DNA of 64,000 nucleotides from Escherichia phage A7_1, in the sequence record OP795442. One strand, written 5' to 3'. The notes under the pieces were generated by a model. The model had not been told where the DNA came from, did no database searches, and saw only the letters and a list, made by a program, of their open reading frames with translations. This document shows, in pieces, positions 1 through 9,748 of this stretch. Both the position numbers and the translations under genes were made by a program. Numbering within the stretch: the first letter of the stretch is position 1; the number at the start of each line of letters is the position of its first letter.

Positions 1-440
1 CGATTTTCGTTAGTGGAAAAGAAACCATTTTCCATGCGGCGAATCTCTTCTTTCATCACTTCCTGCATCGTTAATTTAAGGATTTCTTTGTTTAATTTTG
101 GCTTAACTTCACGAAGCTTGTCAAGAAGTTTTTCCATTTCTTCTTTTACTTTTTCTTCCTCATTTTCTATCTCTAATTGGTCCATTGCATCTTTACAAAC
201 ACAGCAATGACCTGTTACTCTTAAAATGTGATTTTGTATAGGTAGTGCTTTTCTACCGCAATACCCACAAAGAATAGAACCACCAGAGTTTCGAGCATCT
301 ACTGTCAATGTAGGTTTAGCCCCTTCTGCTTGAGAATCCCAAGTCTTTTTACCCTGGTAATCATACATAAAGAATTCGTAGGATCTTTCATCAACGTGGT
401 CTTCGAGCATATGTAAAGTTCGTGTATTGAAATGTTTCAT
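1..440 (-). CDS. hypothetical Cys-rich protein (3' end cut by window edge)
   Basis: ATG at 440-438 preceded by GAGGAG; frame stays open to position 1; CGYCG..HCCVC cysteine cluster; not in ORF track because it runs off the window. Confidence 0.5.
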   Translation of the reverse strand, partial: MKHFNTRTLHMLEDHVDERSYEFFMYDYQGKKTWDSQAEGAKPTLTVDARNSGGSILCGYCGRKALPIQNHILRVTGHCCVCKDAMDQLEIENEEEKVKEEMEKLLDKLREVKPKLNKEILKLTMQEVMKEEIRRMENGFFSTNEN

Positions 441-560
441 TTTTAACTCCTCGTCGTTTGTATGTGCTAACTATACGAGAACTTGAGGGGAAGATCAATA
501 CTTGATTTGCATTTTATTTTCATTATACTGTGCACATCTAAAACGAGAAGGAGATAACAA

Positions 561-1124
561 ATGAGTCAAGATAAAGAGTTAGCCATTGCGATATCCGTAG
601 CTGCTTCTGCCCATGTTGACCAAGTAGATAAAGGGGGGAATATCTATATTCTTCATCCTTTGCAGGTGATGCAAACATTGCAGCAAAAGGGAAGGGGAGA
701 TTTAATGGCAGCAGGAGTTTTGCATGATGTGATTGAAGATACTGAAATCACTATGGAACACCTCTTTAAAAAGGGGATTTCAGAAAGAACCTTAGTGATT
801 GTCGATGCAGTGACAAAGAAACGTAAGCAATCTTCATCTGATTACCTAGAGGGGATTTTAGAGAGTGAGGGTGCTTGTCATGTTAAGCTTGCGGATCTTA
901 AACACAACTTAGATATTCTGCGAACTTGTAGCACCACAGAAAAAGACTTGCAACGGGTCAGGAAGTATGTAACAATGCACTTGTTGATTACGGAGATGGT
1001 TGATTGGTATGAAAGTATCGGAAGGTATCTCGATTATTGTGATTCTTTTGCCTATTCTAGCTATCTCGACGAACGTAAAGAATTTGTTCAGAAACTTATT
1101 AAAAAATGGAAGGAGTTTAAATGA
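561..1124 (+). CDS. HD-domain protein, small alarmone ((p)ppGpp) hydrolase-like
   Basis: 187 aa; SD AAGGAG; motifs ..YILHPLQV.. and ..VLHDVIEDT.. match SpoT/Mesh1 hydrolase HD signature. Confidence 0.65.
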   Translation: MSQDKELAIAISVAASAHVDQVDKGGNIYILHPLQVMQTLQQKGRGDLMAAGVLHDVIEDTEITMEHLFKKGISERTLVIVDAVTKKRKQSSSDYLEGILESEGACHVKLADLKHNLDILRTCSTTEKDLQRVRKYVTMHLLITEMVDWYESIGRYLDYCDSFAYSSYLDERKEFVQKLIKKWKEFK

Positions 1125-1654
1125 AAAAGGTATTGAGTATTGAGCCGTTCACAACAACATACTTTGACGATTTGGAACGTCATGGTGATTATGGGGTACA
1201 AGACGCTGATGGTTGGAAAGAATTCCCTGAAGAAACAAAAGGTGACATTACAAAGCTCGGTTGTAAGATCAATGGATCTGAACCAAAAGGTGTTTACACC
1301 ATGTTTTCTTTCCTTGAAGCTATGAACCCAACGTACAAGGGAGATCGGCAATTTGGTTTTTCTTTTGCATCATTCCTTACTTGTAGCTGTGGTCATGGGG
1401 GTTGTGCAGGCTATCATGATAATGTGGTTATTCGACGTAAAAAGAATACCGTGATGGTCATGGGTAAAAAGGGAGATGGTTATGACGAAGGTGTTGTATT
1501 GACAGGTGAATCTGTTGTATACTTCGATAAAAAGCAGTGGGACGGTGTTCTAGAACACTACCTTAAACTCTTCAAAGAAAATCCTGATGGTGTTTTTGAA
1601 GATGCGGGTTTTATGTTTACTGGTCGTTGGGGGACTAAAAATTTTTCAAAATAA
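1121..1654 (+). CDS. hypothetical protein
   Basis: 177 aa ORF, SD GGAGG, start overlaps upstream stop. Confidence 0.6.
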   Translation: MKKVLSIEPFTTTYFDDLERHGDYGVQDADGWKEFPEETKGDITKLGCKINGSEPKGVYTMFSFLEAMNPTYKGDRQFGFSFASFLTCSCGHGGCAGYHDNVVIRRKKNTVMVMGKKGDGYDEGVVLTGESVVYFDKKQWDGVLEHYLKLFKENPDGVFEDAGFMFTGRWGTKNFSK

Positions 1655-1666
1655 TTTAAAAACTTG

Positions 1667-1694
1667 TTGACTTAAGAAATAGAAAAGATATACT
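1667..1694 (+). promoter_or_regulatory. sigma70-like promoter TTGACT-N16-TATACT
   Basis: hexamers read directly; followed by TATCACAT element; upstream of ATPase gene. Confidence 0.45.
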
Positions 1695-1724
1695 TATCAC
1701 ATCAAAAACAAGAGGAGATATAAA

Positions 1725-2954
1725 ATGCAAGCAACTTATCAACGTATGGACCAAACCATGTTCAAAAAACGTATCAGTGTTCGTGATATGGAATCACTGA
1801 TTCGCCTAGGAGCTTCCATCGGAAAGACCGTATTCTTTTTTGGTGGCGCTGGTCTTGGTAAGTCTGAAAAAGTAAAACAGATCGCTGATTCCATGTTCCC
1901 ACATCGTGTAGGTAATAACCTTTGTGATGTTCGTCTGTCGGATAAAGAGCCACAAGATATCGCAGGTATTCCGATTCCGATCTCTTATCCAGATCCGAAA
2001 ACTGGTAAAGAAGTCACTCGTACCGTATATGCAGTTCCAAACTTTTGGCCTACTGATCCTGATTGGGAAGGTATCGTGTTCTTGGATGAACTGCCAAATG
2101 CACCATTGGGCACTCAGCACTCTGCATATCAGGTTATTCTTGATCACGTTGCAGGTGAGCATAAGTTCCCGAAAGGTACTGTGTTTGTAGGTGCAGGTAA
2201 CCGTGATACTGATGGAGCAGGGACTACTTCTATGCCTGGCCCATTGGTTAACCGTATGATCATTGCAGAAGTTGATTATAATCTGGATGTGTGGATCGAA
2301 GACTATGCGATTCCGTTCCGTCTGCACCCGAACATTATTGGTTTCTTGAAGCAGTTTCCAGAGCATTTCTATACTGGTGACGTAGAAAACCGAAGTACTC
2401 CGGTTTATTCATCTCCTCGTCAATGGAAAACAGCATCTGACATTCTGTACAAGTATGATGCGGGTGAGATTAATGAATTTATCGCAGAGGTTGCTCTTGC
2501 AGGTACAGTTGGTGAAGGCCTGGAAGTACAGATCCTTGCTTATCATTTACGTGCTAAAGAACTTCCTCCGATTGAAGATATCTTTAGTGGTGCAGTTGAA
2601 GAACATAAACTTGATCGCAGTAAGAACGACCTTGTTTACGTCCTGGCACAAACTGGCCTTCGTCGCATGGAAGATGAGGTTATGGATAATGACATGACGG
2701 ATGATAAGTTCCTTGAACGTGCAGGTAACTTCCTTACGTTCATGTACAATAACTATTATGCAAACAACAAGGATACGATGATTGCTTTGATCTTGGGCGT
2801 GTTCCGTGGTCCAAACGATAAGCCATCTATCTTGACTGTTAACCCGAAACGTCAGAAAATGATTCCGCTTATGCGTAAGAGTTGCCCGACTGTTTCTGCC
2901 GCAGTTATGGAATACATGACTCGATATGGTCAACTGATTAAAGAATTCGAATAA
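1725..2954 (+). CDS. AAA+ ATPase, MoxR/CobS-like
   Basis: 409 aa; Walker A GGAGLGKS, Walker B IVFLDELPNA; SD AAGAGGAG. Confidence 0.8.
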   Translation: MQATYQRMDQTMFKKRISVRDMESLIRLGASIGKTVFFFGGAGLGKSEKVKQIADSMFPHRVGNNLCDVRLSDKEPQDIAGIPIPISYPDPKTGKEVTRTVYAVPNFWPTDPDWEGIVFLDELPNAPLGTQHSAYQVILDHVAGEHKFPKGTVFVGAGNRDTDGAGTTSMPGPLVNRMIIAEVDYNLDVWIEDYAIPFRLHPNIIGFLKQFPEHFYTGDVENRSTPVYSSPRQWKTASDILYKYDAGEINEFIAEVALAGTVGEGLEVQILAYHLRAKELPPIEDIFSGAVEEHKLDRSKNDLVYVLAQTGLRRMEDEVMDNDMTDDKFLERAGNFLTFMYNNYYANNKDTMIALILGVFRGPNDKPSILTVNPKRQKMIPLMRKSCPTVSAAVMEYMTRYGQLIKEFE

Positions 2955-2958
2955 TCTC

Positions 2959-2987
2959 TTGACAACGAAAAACAGTTAACTTAATAT
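2959..2987 (+). promoter_or_regulatory. promoter-like TTGACA-N17-TAATAT
   Basis: hexamers read directly; immediately followed by terminator hairpin. Confidence 0.3.
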
Positions 2988-2992
2988 AAGGG

Positions 2993-3017
2993 CATCTCGA
3001 AAGAGGTGTCCTTTTTT
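2993..3017 (+). terminator. rho-independent terminator (GAAA tetraloop hairpin + T6)
   Basis: CATCTC-GAAA-GAGGTG stem-loop followed by TCCTTTTTT. Confidence 0.55.
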
Positions 3018-3029
3018 AATTTGGAGAAA

Positions 3030-3524
3030 ATGATGGATTTCATAAAAGAAGGATTTTCTTTCGACCCCCTTGCAAAGTTTCTACTAAGGAGAAATGGAAG
3101 AGAAGTAGGGAATGTAGTAAAGAATCATAAAGGTTATGATAAAGACTATGTACGTGTAACATGGTCAAGGGAAAGGAAAAGAAAATCTGCGTATGCTCAC
3201 AGGATCATTTGGGAATTGCATTATGGCAAGATACCTGATGGTTATTGTATAGACCACATAAATGGAGATGGTTTGGATAACAGGATTGAAAACTTAAGAT
3301 TGGCAACTAAGAGTCAGAATGGTCAAAACAGGAAAAACAACAAGAATAAAAAGGATGGTCTTCCTAAAGGTGTAGTTATGAATCATGGAAAATACACAGG
3401 AAGGGTCTATGTAAATGGAAAAAGGTTACAGAAAATTAGTTCCGACCTTGACGAAATAGTCAATTGGTTGGAGAATAAACGTAAAGAAAATCACGGTGTG
3501 TTCATGAACAATGGAGAACAATAA
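3030..3524 (+). CDS. HNH homing endonuclease
   Basis: motif HRIIWELHYGKIP..IDHINGDGLDNRIENLR (HNH with AP2-like tail); ATG 3030 with GGAG SD; track start 3006 is GTG inside terminator. Confidence 0.75.
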   Translation: MMDFIKEGFSFDPLAKFLLRRNGREVGNVVKNHKGYDKDYVRVTWSRERKRKSAYAHRIIWELHYGKIPDGYCIDHINGDGLDNRIENLRLATKSQNGQNRKNNKNKKDGLPKGVVMNHGKYTGRVYVNGKRLQKISSDLDEIVNWLENKRKENHGVFMNNGEQ

Positions 3525-5062
3525 TGTCAAAAATTAGTCAAGAAGAAAAAGATATGATCGAAATGCAAGTCTTCGAAGCTGAACGTATTATTGAAGCTGC
3601 AAGTCTTCAACTTATGCGCTTCAAAGCGTTCTACGGGGTTATGCTTTCGTCTATGCCTGTTAAAAAGGCGACGGAGTGGTGTAGTACAATGGCGACTGAT
3701 GGACGTAACCTGTATTACCATCCAGAGTTCGTTGCAGGTATGACAGAAGAACGTAAAAAATTGGTACTTGAGCGACTTTCCAAATCTGAGAAAGATCCTA
3801 AAAAGCTGAAAGAGGGTATTGAGTTTATCAATGTCTTCTATCGTCGAAAGACTGCTCGTGAGCTTGCTCTTATTCTTGAGCACGAATGCGATCATGTGAT
3901 CTCTGATCACGCTTCTCGTGGTAAAGGGTTTAATCATGAGCTTTACAATATTGCAGCGGATCATCGTATCAATACAACGGCTGTGCTTATTCACCAGAAA
4001 GGGGATGAGCTAGGTAAAGCCTGGTTCCCTGCCGGAGAGAGAACGGTATTTGATAAAAATGCTGAATTTGGATTTATGGCCTGGTCTTACTGTGATTTCC
4101 GATTCAAAGATATGTATACTGAGCAGATCTATGAAATCCTGAATAAAGAGCAAGATGATAAAGAAAAATCCAAAGGGAAAGGTTCTGGTTCTGGAAGTGG
4201 AGAGGGTGATGGTGAAGAAGGTGGTCAAGGTCGTAAAGGTGTTGATCAACACATGGATCAGAATGGTGATCCAGAAGATTCAGAAGGTGATGATATCGAA
4301 GATGCACTGGGAATCGACCGTAAAGCGAAGCCTAAGCAAACAGCAGAGGAACGCCAGTATAACGATGGGGTTATGCGTCGAGCCATTGAGAATGCCGTAC
4401 AGGCAGCAGGAAGCGGTGCACCGGAAGATGCTCGTCGTTTTGTAGAAGCGGCGGGTAAACCAAAGATTAATTATCTTCGTTTGTTGCGTAAAACTATTGA
4501 ACGTCTGTTCAAAGATGATGTATCATATCGTCGTTTGTCACGCCGTAGTCACTCGTTAACTCGGACTCTTCGTGGCTCGGGTTACTTATCTGGACGACAG
4601 ACGATTGGTTTACCCTCAAAGAATAAACAGAAGACTATTCGTGCAGGTGTCTTCTTCGACGTATCTGGATCATTTAACGATGATCTGTTAAGACCAACAA
4701 TGCGTGAGATTCGTGGATTGTGTAATCTTTACGATGAGTTTGAAGTTACAATGGCTTGCTGGTCAACAAAGGTTGGTAACATTGAAACGTATACGAAGAA
4801 GAATGTGAATGAGATTGCTAACTACAAGATCAAGACCACATTTGGTACGGATGTTTCTTGTGTGTTCGAGGCATTAGATGAAATGAAAGACCCTATGGAT
4901 CAGATCATCATCTACACTGACGGTTACTTTGCTGATGTATCCCAAAAGAAAGATTGGGCCAAAAAGTATGGTAAGAATGTTCTTTGGATTATCCTGGGTC
5001 GTGGGTCTTCGTTCACCCCGCCTTTTGGCAAGGCAATTGATTTTGACAAGTATCTTAAATAA
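3524..5062 (+). CDS. von Willebrand factor A domain protein (CobT/ViaA-like partner of the ATPase)
   Basis: 512 aa; MIDAS-like FFDVSGSFND; acidic Gly/Ser-rich linker. Confidence 0.7.
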   Translation: MSKISQEEKDMIEMQVFEAERIIEAASLQLMRFKAFYGVMLSSMPVKKATEWCSTMATDGRNLYYHPEFVAGMTEERKKLVLERLSKSEKDPKKLKEGIEFINVFYRRKTARELALILEHECDHVISDHASRGKGFNHELYNIAADHRINTTAVLIHQKGDELGKAWFPAGERTVFDKNAEFGFMAWSYCDFRFKDMYTEQIYEILNKEQDDKEKSKGKGSGSGSGEGDGEEGGQGRKGVDQHMDQNGDPEDSEGDDIEDALGIDRKAKPKQTAEERQYNDGVMRRAIENAVQAAGSGAPEDARRFVEAAGKPKINYLRLLRKTIERLFKDDVSYRRLSRRSHSLTRTLRGSGYLSGRQTIGLPSKNKQKTIRAGVFFDVSGSFNDDLLRPTMREIRGLCNLYDEFEVTMACWSTKVGNIETYTKKNVNEIANYKIKTTFGTDVSCVFEALDEMKDPMDQIIIYTDGYFADVSQKKDWAKKYGKNVLWIILGRGSSFTPPFGKAIDFDKYLK

Positions 5063-5071
5063 GGAGGATCT

Positions 5072-5443
5072 TTGAGCGAGTATACTTACAAGTTGTCAGT
5101 CGGTAGGCGTGGAGTGGTTATGACTATCAACATGATTAATGAAAGTGCGGAGGCTGTGAAATGGTGGGCCTCCACCTTTAACGGGAAAGGTTTTACTTTA
5201 TCTCGTCATAAGGTTGGATCAGGAAAGCCAATAGATCTTGTCAAGGAGGACACTTTCTTGTATCCTGATCGTATTGCTGATGAAGATATTGATTTCCTAT
5301 CTGCTACGGTTGGTAGTTTGTTGGATGAGGAGCCAGACATTGTAAGGTTACTCTCTTTACTTACAGCAATGTGGTCAGCAGGTCATGATGAGGAAAGTAT
5401 GCATACGATGGTAAGGAATACGTTGAGACGTTGGTCTAAGTAA
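5072..5443 (+). CDS. hypothetical protein
   Basis: ORF 123 aa, TTG start 4 nt after AAGGAGG. Confidence 0.5.
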   Translation: MSEYTYKLSVGRRGVVMTINMINESAEAVKWWASTFNGKGFTLSRHKVGSGKPIDLVKEDTFLYPDRIADEDIDFLSATVGSLLDEEPDIVRLLSLLTAMWSAGHDEESMHTMVRNTLRRWSK

Positions 5444-5492
5444 CAACATTTCCTTTATGCCCATTTAGGCATACAATACTATATTAGATGAT

Positions 5493-5535
5493 AAACCCCT
5501 CAACCTGCTCGGTTGCTTCGACGGGGTTTATATAT
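5493..5535 (+). terminator. hairpin terminator
   Basis: AAACCCC..GGGGTTT imperfect long hairpin followed by TATATAT. Confidence 0.4.
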
Positions 5536-5602
5536 CTATTAAAAAATTAACCACACTCACATTCGTTCGGTACTTAATTTTTTAAGTCACCACAAAATTG
5601 TG

Positions 5603-5631
5603 TTGACACCACAATGAAACAGATGTAGAGT
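5603..5631 (+). promoter_or_regulatory. sigma70-like promoter TTGACA-N17-TAGAGT
   Basis: hexamers read directly. Confidence 0.4.
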
Positions 5632-5763
5632 TAACAAGAGAAGGAAAGTCAATTGGATAAGTTTTACATATACTGTCTAACATTGGGATTGATCTTCATG
5701 ATTGTTGGATCAGTGGGTAAAGTTTTACTCAATAGTTTTGGAATTTATTAAGAGGAGATCGTA

Positions 5764-6006
5764 ATGAGAGTACGTCAACATCGTGGTACATTGATCGAAA
5801 GTTTGAAAACTGTTAAACAGATTGAAGGTACAAAACAAGCTCTTGTGGATCATATCAACAAAGAGTTAGGTAAACCGTTTAACTTCTCTGTTGATTCGAT
5901 CAGTATTGTGGAAAAAGGAGTTGATGAGCGTATCAACTGGAACAACCATCTGATCCTGATTGATGGATTTGGTGTATTTGGTTATTGTGATCAACATCCT
6001 GTTTAA
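5764..6006 (+). CDS. hypothetical protein
   Basis: 80 aa ORF, SD AAGAGGAG. Confidence 0.55.
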   Translation: MRVRQHRGTLIESLKTVKQIEGTKQALVDHINKELGKPFNFSVDSISIVEKGVDERINWNNHLILIDGFGVFGYCDQHPV

Positions 6007-6126
6007 GAGGTGGTTATGGGTATTAAATGGTGGTTGTTTGTAGTTCCTGCAAATGATAATGCAGGTGGTGATGGTAAACGTGCAGTCGCACAAACCTATG
6101 TCTATGGTCGTCATTAAGGGGTTATT

Positions 6127-6534
6127 ATGGATGCTTTTTTGAGTATGGTGTTTGCACTAACAGTGGTTGATTGGGTATTTATCGGTATCTATTTACTGTG
6201 TATTCCTTTTGTGATCTGGTTTTACATTGACCTTTTGGCAGGTACTGGCAAGGTAAGTGGGATGGATTACTTCATGTTTATTGTTGTGATCCTGATGGGA
6301 CCTTTAGCTTTGTTGTCTTTCCTTATTGCAAACATTGTGGTAAGAGGGGGCGCTATCAAACAAGCCATTCTTTTAAAGGTGAGTGGAACTGATATCGGTA
6401 AGAAGATCATTGTCTGGAACATTACACGTAAGCTTAAGAAGACTGATACCAAATGGGTTAATCCTTTAGAGCGAGCCGTTCAGAAACGTCACAAAGTCTT
6501 AATAGGGAGAAAACATGGGAAATGCAATCCGTAA
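6127..6534 (+). CDS. hypothetical membrane protein
   Basis: 135 aa, three hydrophobic helices in N-terminal half. Confidence 0.55.
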   Translation: MDAFLSMVFALTVVDWVFIGIYLLCIPFVIWFYIDLLAGTGKVSGMDYFMFIVVILMGPLALLSFLIANIVVRGGAIKQAILLKVSGTDIGKKIIVWNITRKLKKTDTKWVNPLERAVQKRHKVLIGRKHGKCNP

Positions 6535-6678
6535 AATCAAGTGGAAGTTTTGGGAATACGCGCTGGTTGTTGCTGGATATCTTTTCGGATACGGTCATGA
6601 AGTGTACTATGGTGTGAAGCATAATCGAAACATGGCGTACTTCGCGTGGAAGTTTCCAGAGCGTAAGGAAAAGAAATG
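6515..6678 (+). CDS. hypothetical small protein
   Basis: 54 aa ORF below track cutoff; SD AGGGAGA; stop overlaps next start (ATGA). Confidence 0.35.
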
Positions 6679-7197
6679 AAAGTCACAGAAAGCTTAGTTA
6701 AAAAGCTTCGAATAGAAGAACTCCAGGAAGAAAGGCTCGATCCTATCGAGGTTATCATTGAGAACTACGAGAATGGTAGAGGTAAGCTTATAGTCACCTC
6801 AAGTGGTAAGTCTTGGGTAGGCCAATGGAATGCAATGGGAGGTAGTGTAGAGTCCTTCATCCAACGGGTAGATAATGACTACCTTATCGGATGTATGGGG
6901 CGAGCGCCTAAATTCATTGAAGACAAGGATGAAGATCCTGTCTTCATTAAGAAGATGATCTTGAAGCAACGCCGGACCGATTCAATAACTAAAGGGCAGG
7001 CGAGATGGGCTTGGGATTATACGGAGACGTTTGCCCCTGACCGTGATCACATCCTTCATGGGGTTCCTTTTGCGCTTCAACCCCTGAGGGAGTTAGAAGA
7101 ACCTTGGTATCTGGACTGGCCCACAAAAATCAATACGGATTATGTACACCAAAGTAAGATCCTGGATGTTGTTCGTAAAGTCATAAAGCCAAATTAA
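6676..7197 (+). CDS. hypothetical protein
   Basis: 173 aa ORF. Confidence 0.6.
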   Translation: MKVTESLVKKLRIEELQEERLDPIEVIIENYENGRGKLIVTSSGKSWVGQWNAMGGSVESFIQRVDNDYLIGCMGRAPKFIEDKDEDPVFIKKMILKQRRTDSITKGQARWAWDYTETFAPDRDHILHGVPFALQPLRELEEPWYLDWPTKINTDYVHQSKILDVVRKVIKPN

Positions 7198-7210
7198 TCA
7201 CAAAAAGGGG

Positions 7211-7239
7211 TTGACGGGAGTCGCCCCTTAAGTTAGACT
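7211..7239 (+). promoter_or_regulatory. promoter-like TTGACG-N17-TAGACT overlapping a GC hairpin
   Basis: hexamers read directly; AAGGGG..CCCCTT hairpin spans -35. Confidence 0.3.
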
Positions 7240-7272
7240 TCAGTTATCGAAACAAAGAGGGGGAAACACATA

Positions 7273-7488
7273 ATGACTAAGATTGTAACTTACGTGTTCG
7301 AAGGTGATTCTGTACCCAGTGAATTTTTTGAAGATGTTTACAGCAATGATCGTGGAGTGGAACCTTTAAAGGTTTTACTTGTTGATGTTACCAACTACGG
7401 TGATGATATCGAAGTCACAGTGCAAGGAACAACCCGAGAAGTCATTGATGAACGTATGAAGTATTGGACACTGTTGCTGAAAAAATAA
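7273..7488 (+). CDS. hypothetical protein
   Basis: 71 aa ORF. Confidence 0.5.
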   Translation: MTKIVTYVFEGDSVPSEFFEDVYSNDRGVEPLKVLLVDVTNYGDDIEVTVQGTTREVIDERMKYWTLLLKK

Positions 7489-7520
7489 AAAAGTTATTTT
7501 AAATTACATAGGAGAAAGAA

Positions 7521-8162
7521 ATGGCTATCTATGCAAAACTGAAAGAAAGTAAGAAAAGTTATTTTATTTCAATGGACCCATCTAACCGACGTATGATTGA
7601 AAATCATGGTGATCGATTCATTGTTCGACCTTCTGAGAATAACGATTCTTACTTACGTCCGGTGGGTCCACGTATTGAGGGTCAGTTCTTAACATCCCGA
7701 GATATCGAAGAGTATTTTACATTCTTCCCTGAATGGTCAGCAGAGTCAGCAGAATACATCGTTAACTTGGCGATCCCGCAGGGTCAGGTGTCTATTGATG
7801 ATCAGTATCTGTTGGGTGATTTAACTGGGGACTATAGAATTAAAACAAGCCACCCGAATATGTGGCGACTCTATAACAACTCTACTAACCCTGATGATTA
7901 TGTCCTAATCAAGCAGAGTAATTTGGAGAAATACTTCACCTTAGAGGAAGATTGCTTAAAGAGAGCATTGAATAAGTTTGACAATTACACCTCTTCTTCT
8001 TCTTCTTCTTCTTCTTCTGTTGAAAAGGAACAGGAACTCGCAGATGATGATGTTTTTGAATTGAAGATTAAACGCACAGTAAGGGTTAAGGATGCAGAAA
8101 TCACAGAGGACAATCTGGATCAGTTCATTGCACAGCTTACTAAACTGGTTAAAGGAGAATAA
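7521..8162 (+). CDS. hypothetical protein with poly-Ser linker
   Basis: 213 aa; SD AGGAGA; (TCT)9 encodes S9. Confidence 0.6.
   Translation: MAIYAKLKESKKSYFISMDPSNRRMIENHGDRFIVRPSENNDSYLRPVGPRIEGQFLTSRDIEEYFTFFPEWSAESAEYIVNLAIPQGQVSIDDQYLLGDLTGDYRIKTSHPNMWRLYNNSTNPDDYVLIKQSNLEKYFTLEEDCLKRALNKFDNYTSSSSSSSSSVEKEQELADDDVFELKIKRTVRVKDAEITEDNLDQFIAQLTKLVKGE
7992..8018 (+). repeat. (TCT)9 trinucleotide microsatellite
   Basis: nine perfect TCT units inside CDS 7521..8162. Confidence 0.9.
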
Positions 8163-8165
8163 AAG

Positions 8166-8480
8166 ATGATTATCGATCAAAGAACGCAAGTAGTTATTGA
8201 CAAGACTTTCAGTGTACGTAAAAGTATCATTGCAGACATTAGTCTTGAGCGTATGACCGAAGAGGGTATTGATACTTCTGTAAACTACCCCTTGATGGAA
8301 GAAGACTTCCTACGTAAAATTATGAAGCAGAGTTTTACCGACTACGTTCGGGTAGAAACGAACAAAGACATGTGGTTAGTCTTTAAACTATCTGCCGATA
8401 CTGATCACGAACAAGAATTCAATGCGGCATTAGCCTGGATTCTTAAATACTGTAATGACAATGATCTGGAGGTAATGTAA
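8166..8480 (+). CDS. hypothetical protein
   Basis: 104 aa ORF. Confidence 0.55.
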   Translation: MIIDQRTQVVIDKTFSVRKSIIADISLERMTEEGIDTSVNYPLMEEDFLRKIMKQSFTDYVRVETNKDMWLVFKLSADTDHEQEFNAALAWILKYCNDNDLEVM

Positions 8481-8707
8481 TGCACAAGCTTCCAAAGAAC
8501 TTTCGATTCTATCGTGATCTGAAATTAAAGTCTGTGCTGTTTGTCGAGAATTTAGAGTTAGAGGAGTTTTATGGTTTTGAATGGTACGAAGGGGATATGG
8601 GAGAGATGAACCTCAAGAATGTTCTCGAATTTTGGGGCAACGATGATGGAGAAGGATACAGCCCCACTCCAAAACACGAGCTTTCCCTTGTTGAGATTAG
8701 ACAGTAA
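8480..8707 (+). CDS. hypothetical protein
   Basis: 75 aa ORF, start overlaps upstream stop. Confidence 0.5.
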   Translation: MHKLPKNFRFYRDLKLKSVLFVENLELEEFYGFEWYEGDMGEMNLKNVLEFWGNDDGEGYSPTPKHELSLVEIRQ

Positions 8708-8812
8708 CAAAAGAAGGGGCCTAAACAGGCCCCTGTAAGCATAAACAAGCACAAGACGATAAATGACCTTACCAAAGATAAAAGGTCCTCACAAACGCAT
8801 ACAGGAGCTTAC

Positions 8813-9631
8813 ATGGCCTATCGTAAATTTGACCCACTAATCATTTATGAAGTTGTCCCAATGAGTGTCTCCAATCCTCATGGTTTGCAATCACCTACCC
8901 CACTTGACCATAAGACAATGATCAGGAATGCAGAGTACACCTTAAGAGATCTTGAGAACGAAGAGATTGAAAGTGCTGTGCATGGATTGAAAGACCTGAT
9001 CCGTGAACTTGATACGGATGATTCTGTTCAAGAATATATTGAAAAGTCAGAGGCGCTAATCACGAAGTTTCATGAGTACCGCACTAAGGTATCGCGTATT
9101 CTTGATGAAGCTTTTGATCCTTCATCAAAAGACCCGATAAATGATGACAAGGCAATAGCCTTACTCAGCCAAATAGCTGACGCTACTGACAGCATGGACC
9201 CTGGTTTTGTAAGGGCTGATCATACCTGTGTAGATCAGTTTCCTTTAGCCTATCTTAAATCCAAAAAAGCATTCGGTAGTCTGGCTTTTGTCTGGGAGTA
9301 TGAGAAAGATTCCCTTACTCGTTACATCAATCGGGTAGGTAAGAAAGATACTTCAGTTACGTTAAATATCTTTTGTGATGGTTCCTTGATGGTCCATAAC
9401 AACTGGACAAAAGAGAGCATCCTCTTTGGTAAAGAAAGAGATCAGAAATTTAAACTGGTAAACTATATCCGTTTCGCAACAGAGGATAGTAAAATGGGTA
9501 AGTCATTTAAAGAGGAGGACTTTAAAACTTTCTTTGAGGATTGGCTTTCCCCAACAGAAGAAGAGATCCAACTCTTCAAGGCTGTAAATGGGGATGTTTC
9601 GTTCGACCTCTACACACTTTTTAATGAGTGA
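8813..9631 (+). CDS. hypothetical protein
   Basis: 272 aa ORF, SD AGGAG. Confidence 0.6.
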   Translation: MAYRKFDPLIIYEVVPMSVSNPHGLQSPTPLDHKTMIRNAEYTLRDLENEEIESAVHGLKDLIRELDTDDSVQEYIEKSEALITKFHEYRTKVSRILDEAFDPSSKDPINDDKAIALLSQIADATDSMDPGFVRADHTCVDQFPLAYLKSKKAFGSLAFVWEYEKDSLTRYINRVGKKDTSVTLNIFCDGSLMVHNNWTKESILFGKERDQKFKLVNYIRFATEDSKMGKSFKEEDFKTFFEDWLSPTEEEIQLFKAVNGDVSFDLYTLFNE

Positions 9632-9652
9632 TATTTGTTCGCTGAAACAAAT

Positions 9653-9748
9653 TCAGATTTCAGATCCAAAATCTATTTGAGATATTTCCCTGTGATATTT
9701 GTTTCATGGGGAATTTTCAGATTTCAATTTGAAATTCTATTTGAGATA
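9653..9748. repeat. two 33-bp direct repeats (TTCAGATTTCA...TCTATTTGAGATA)
   Basis: copies at 9653-9685 and 9716-9748. Confidence 0.7.
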
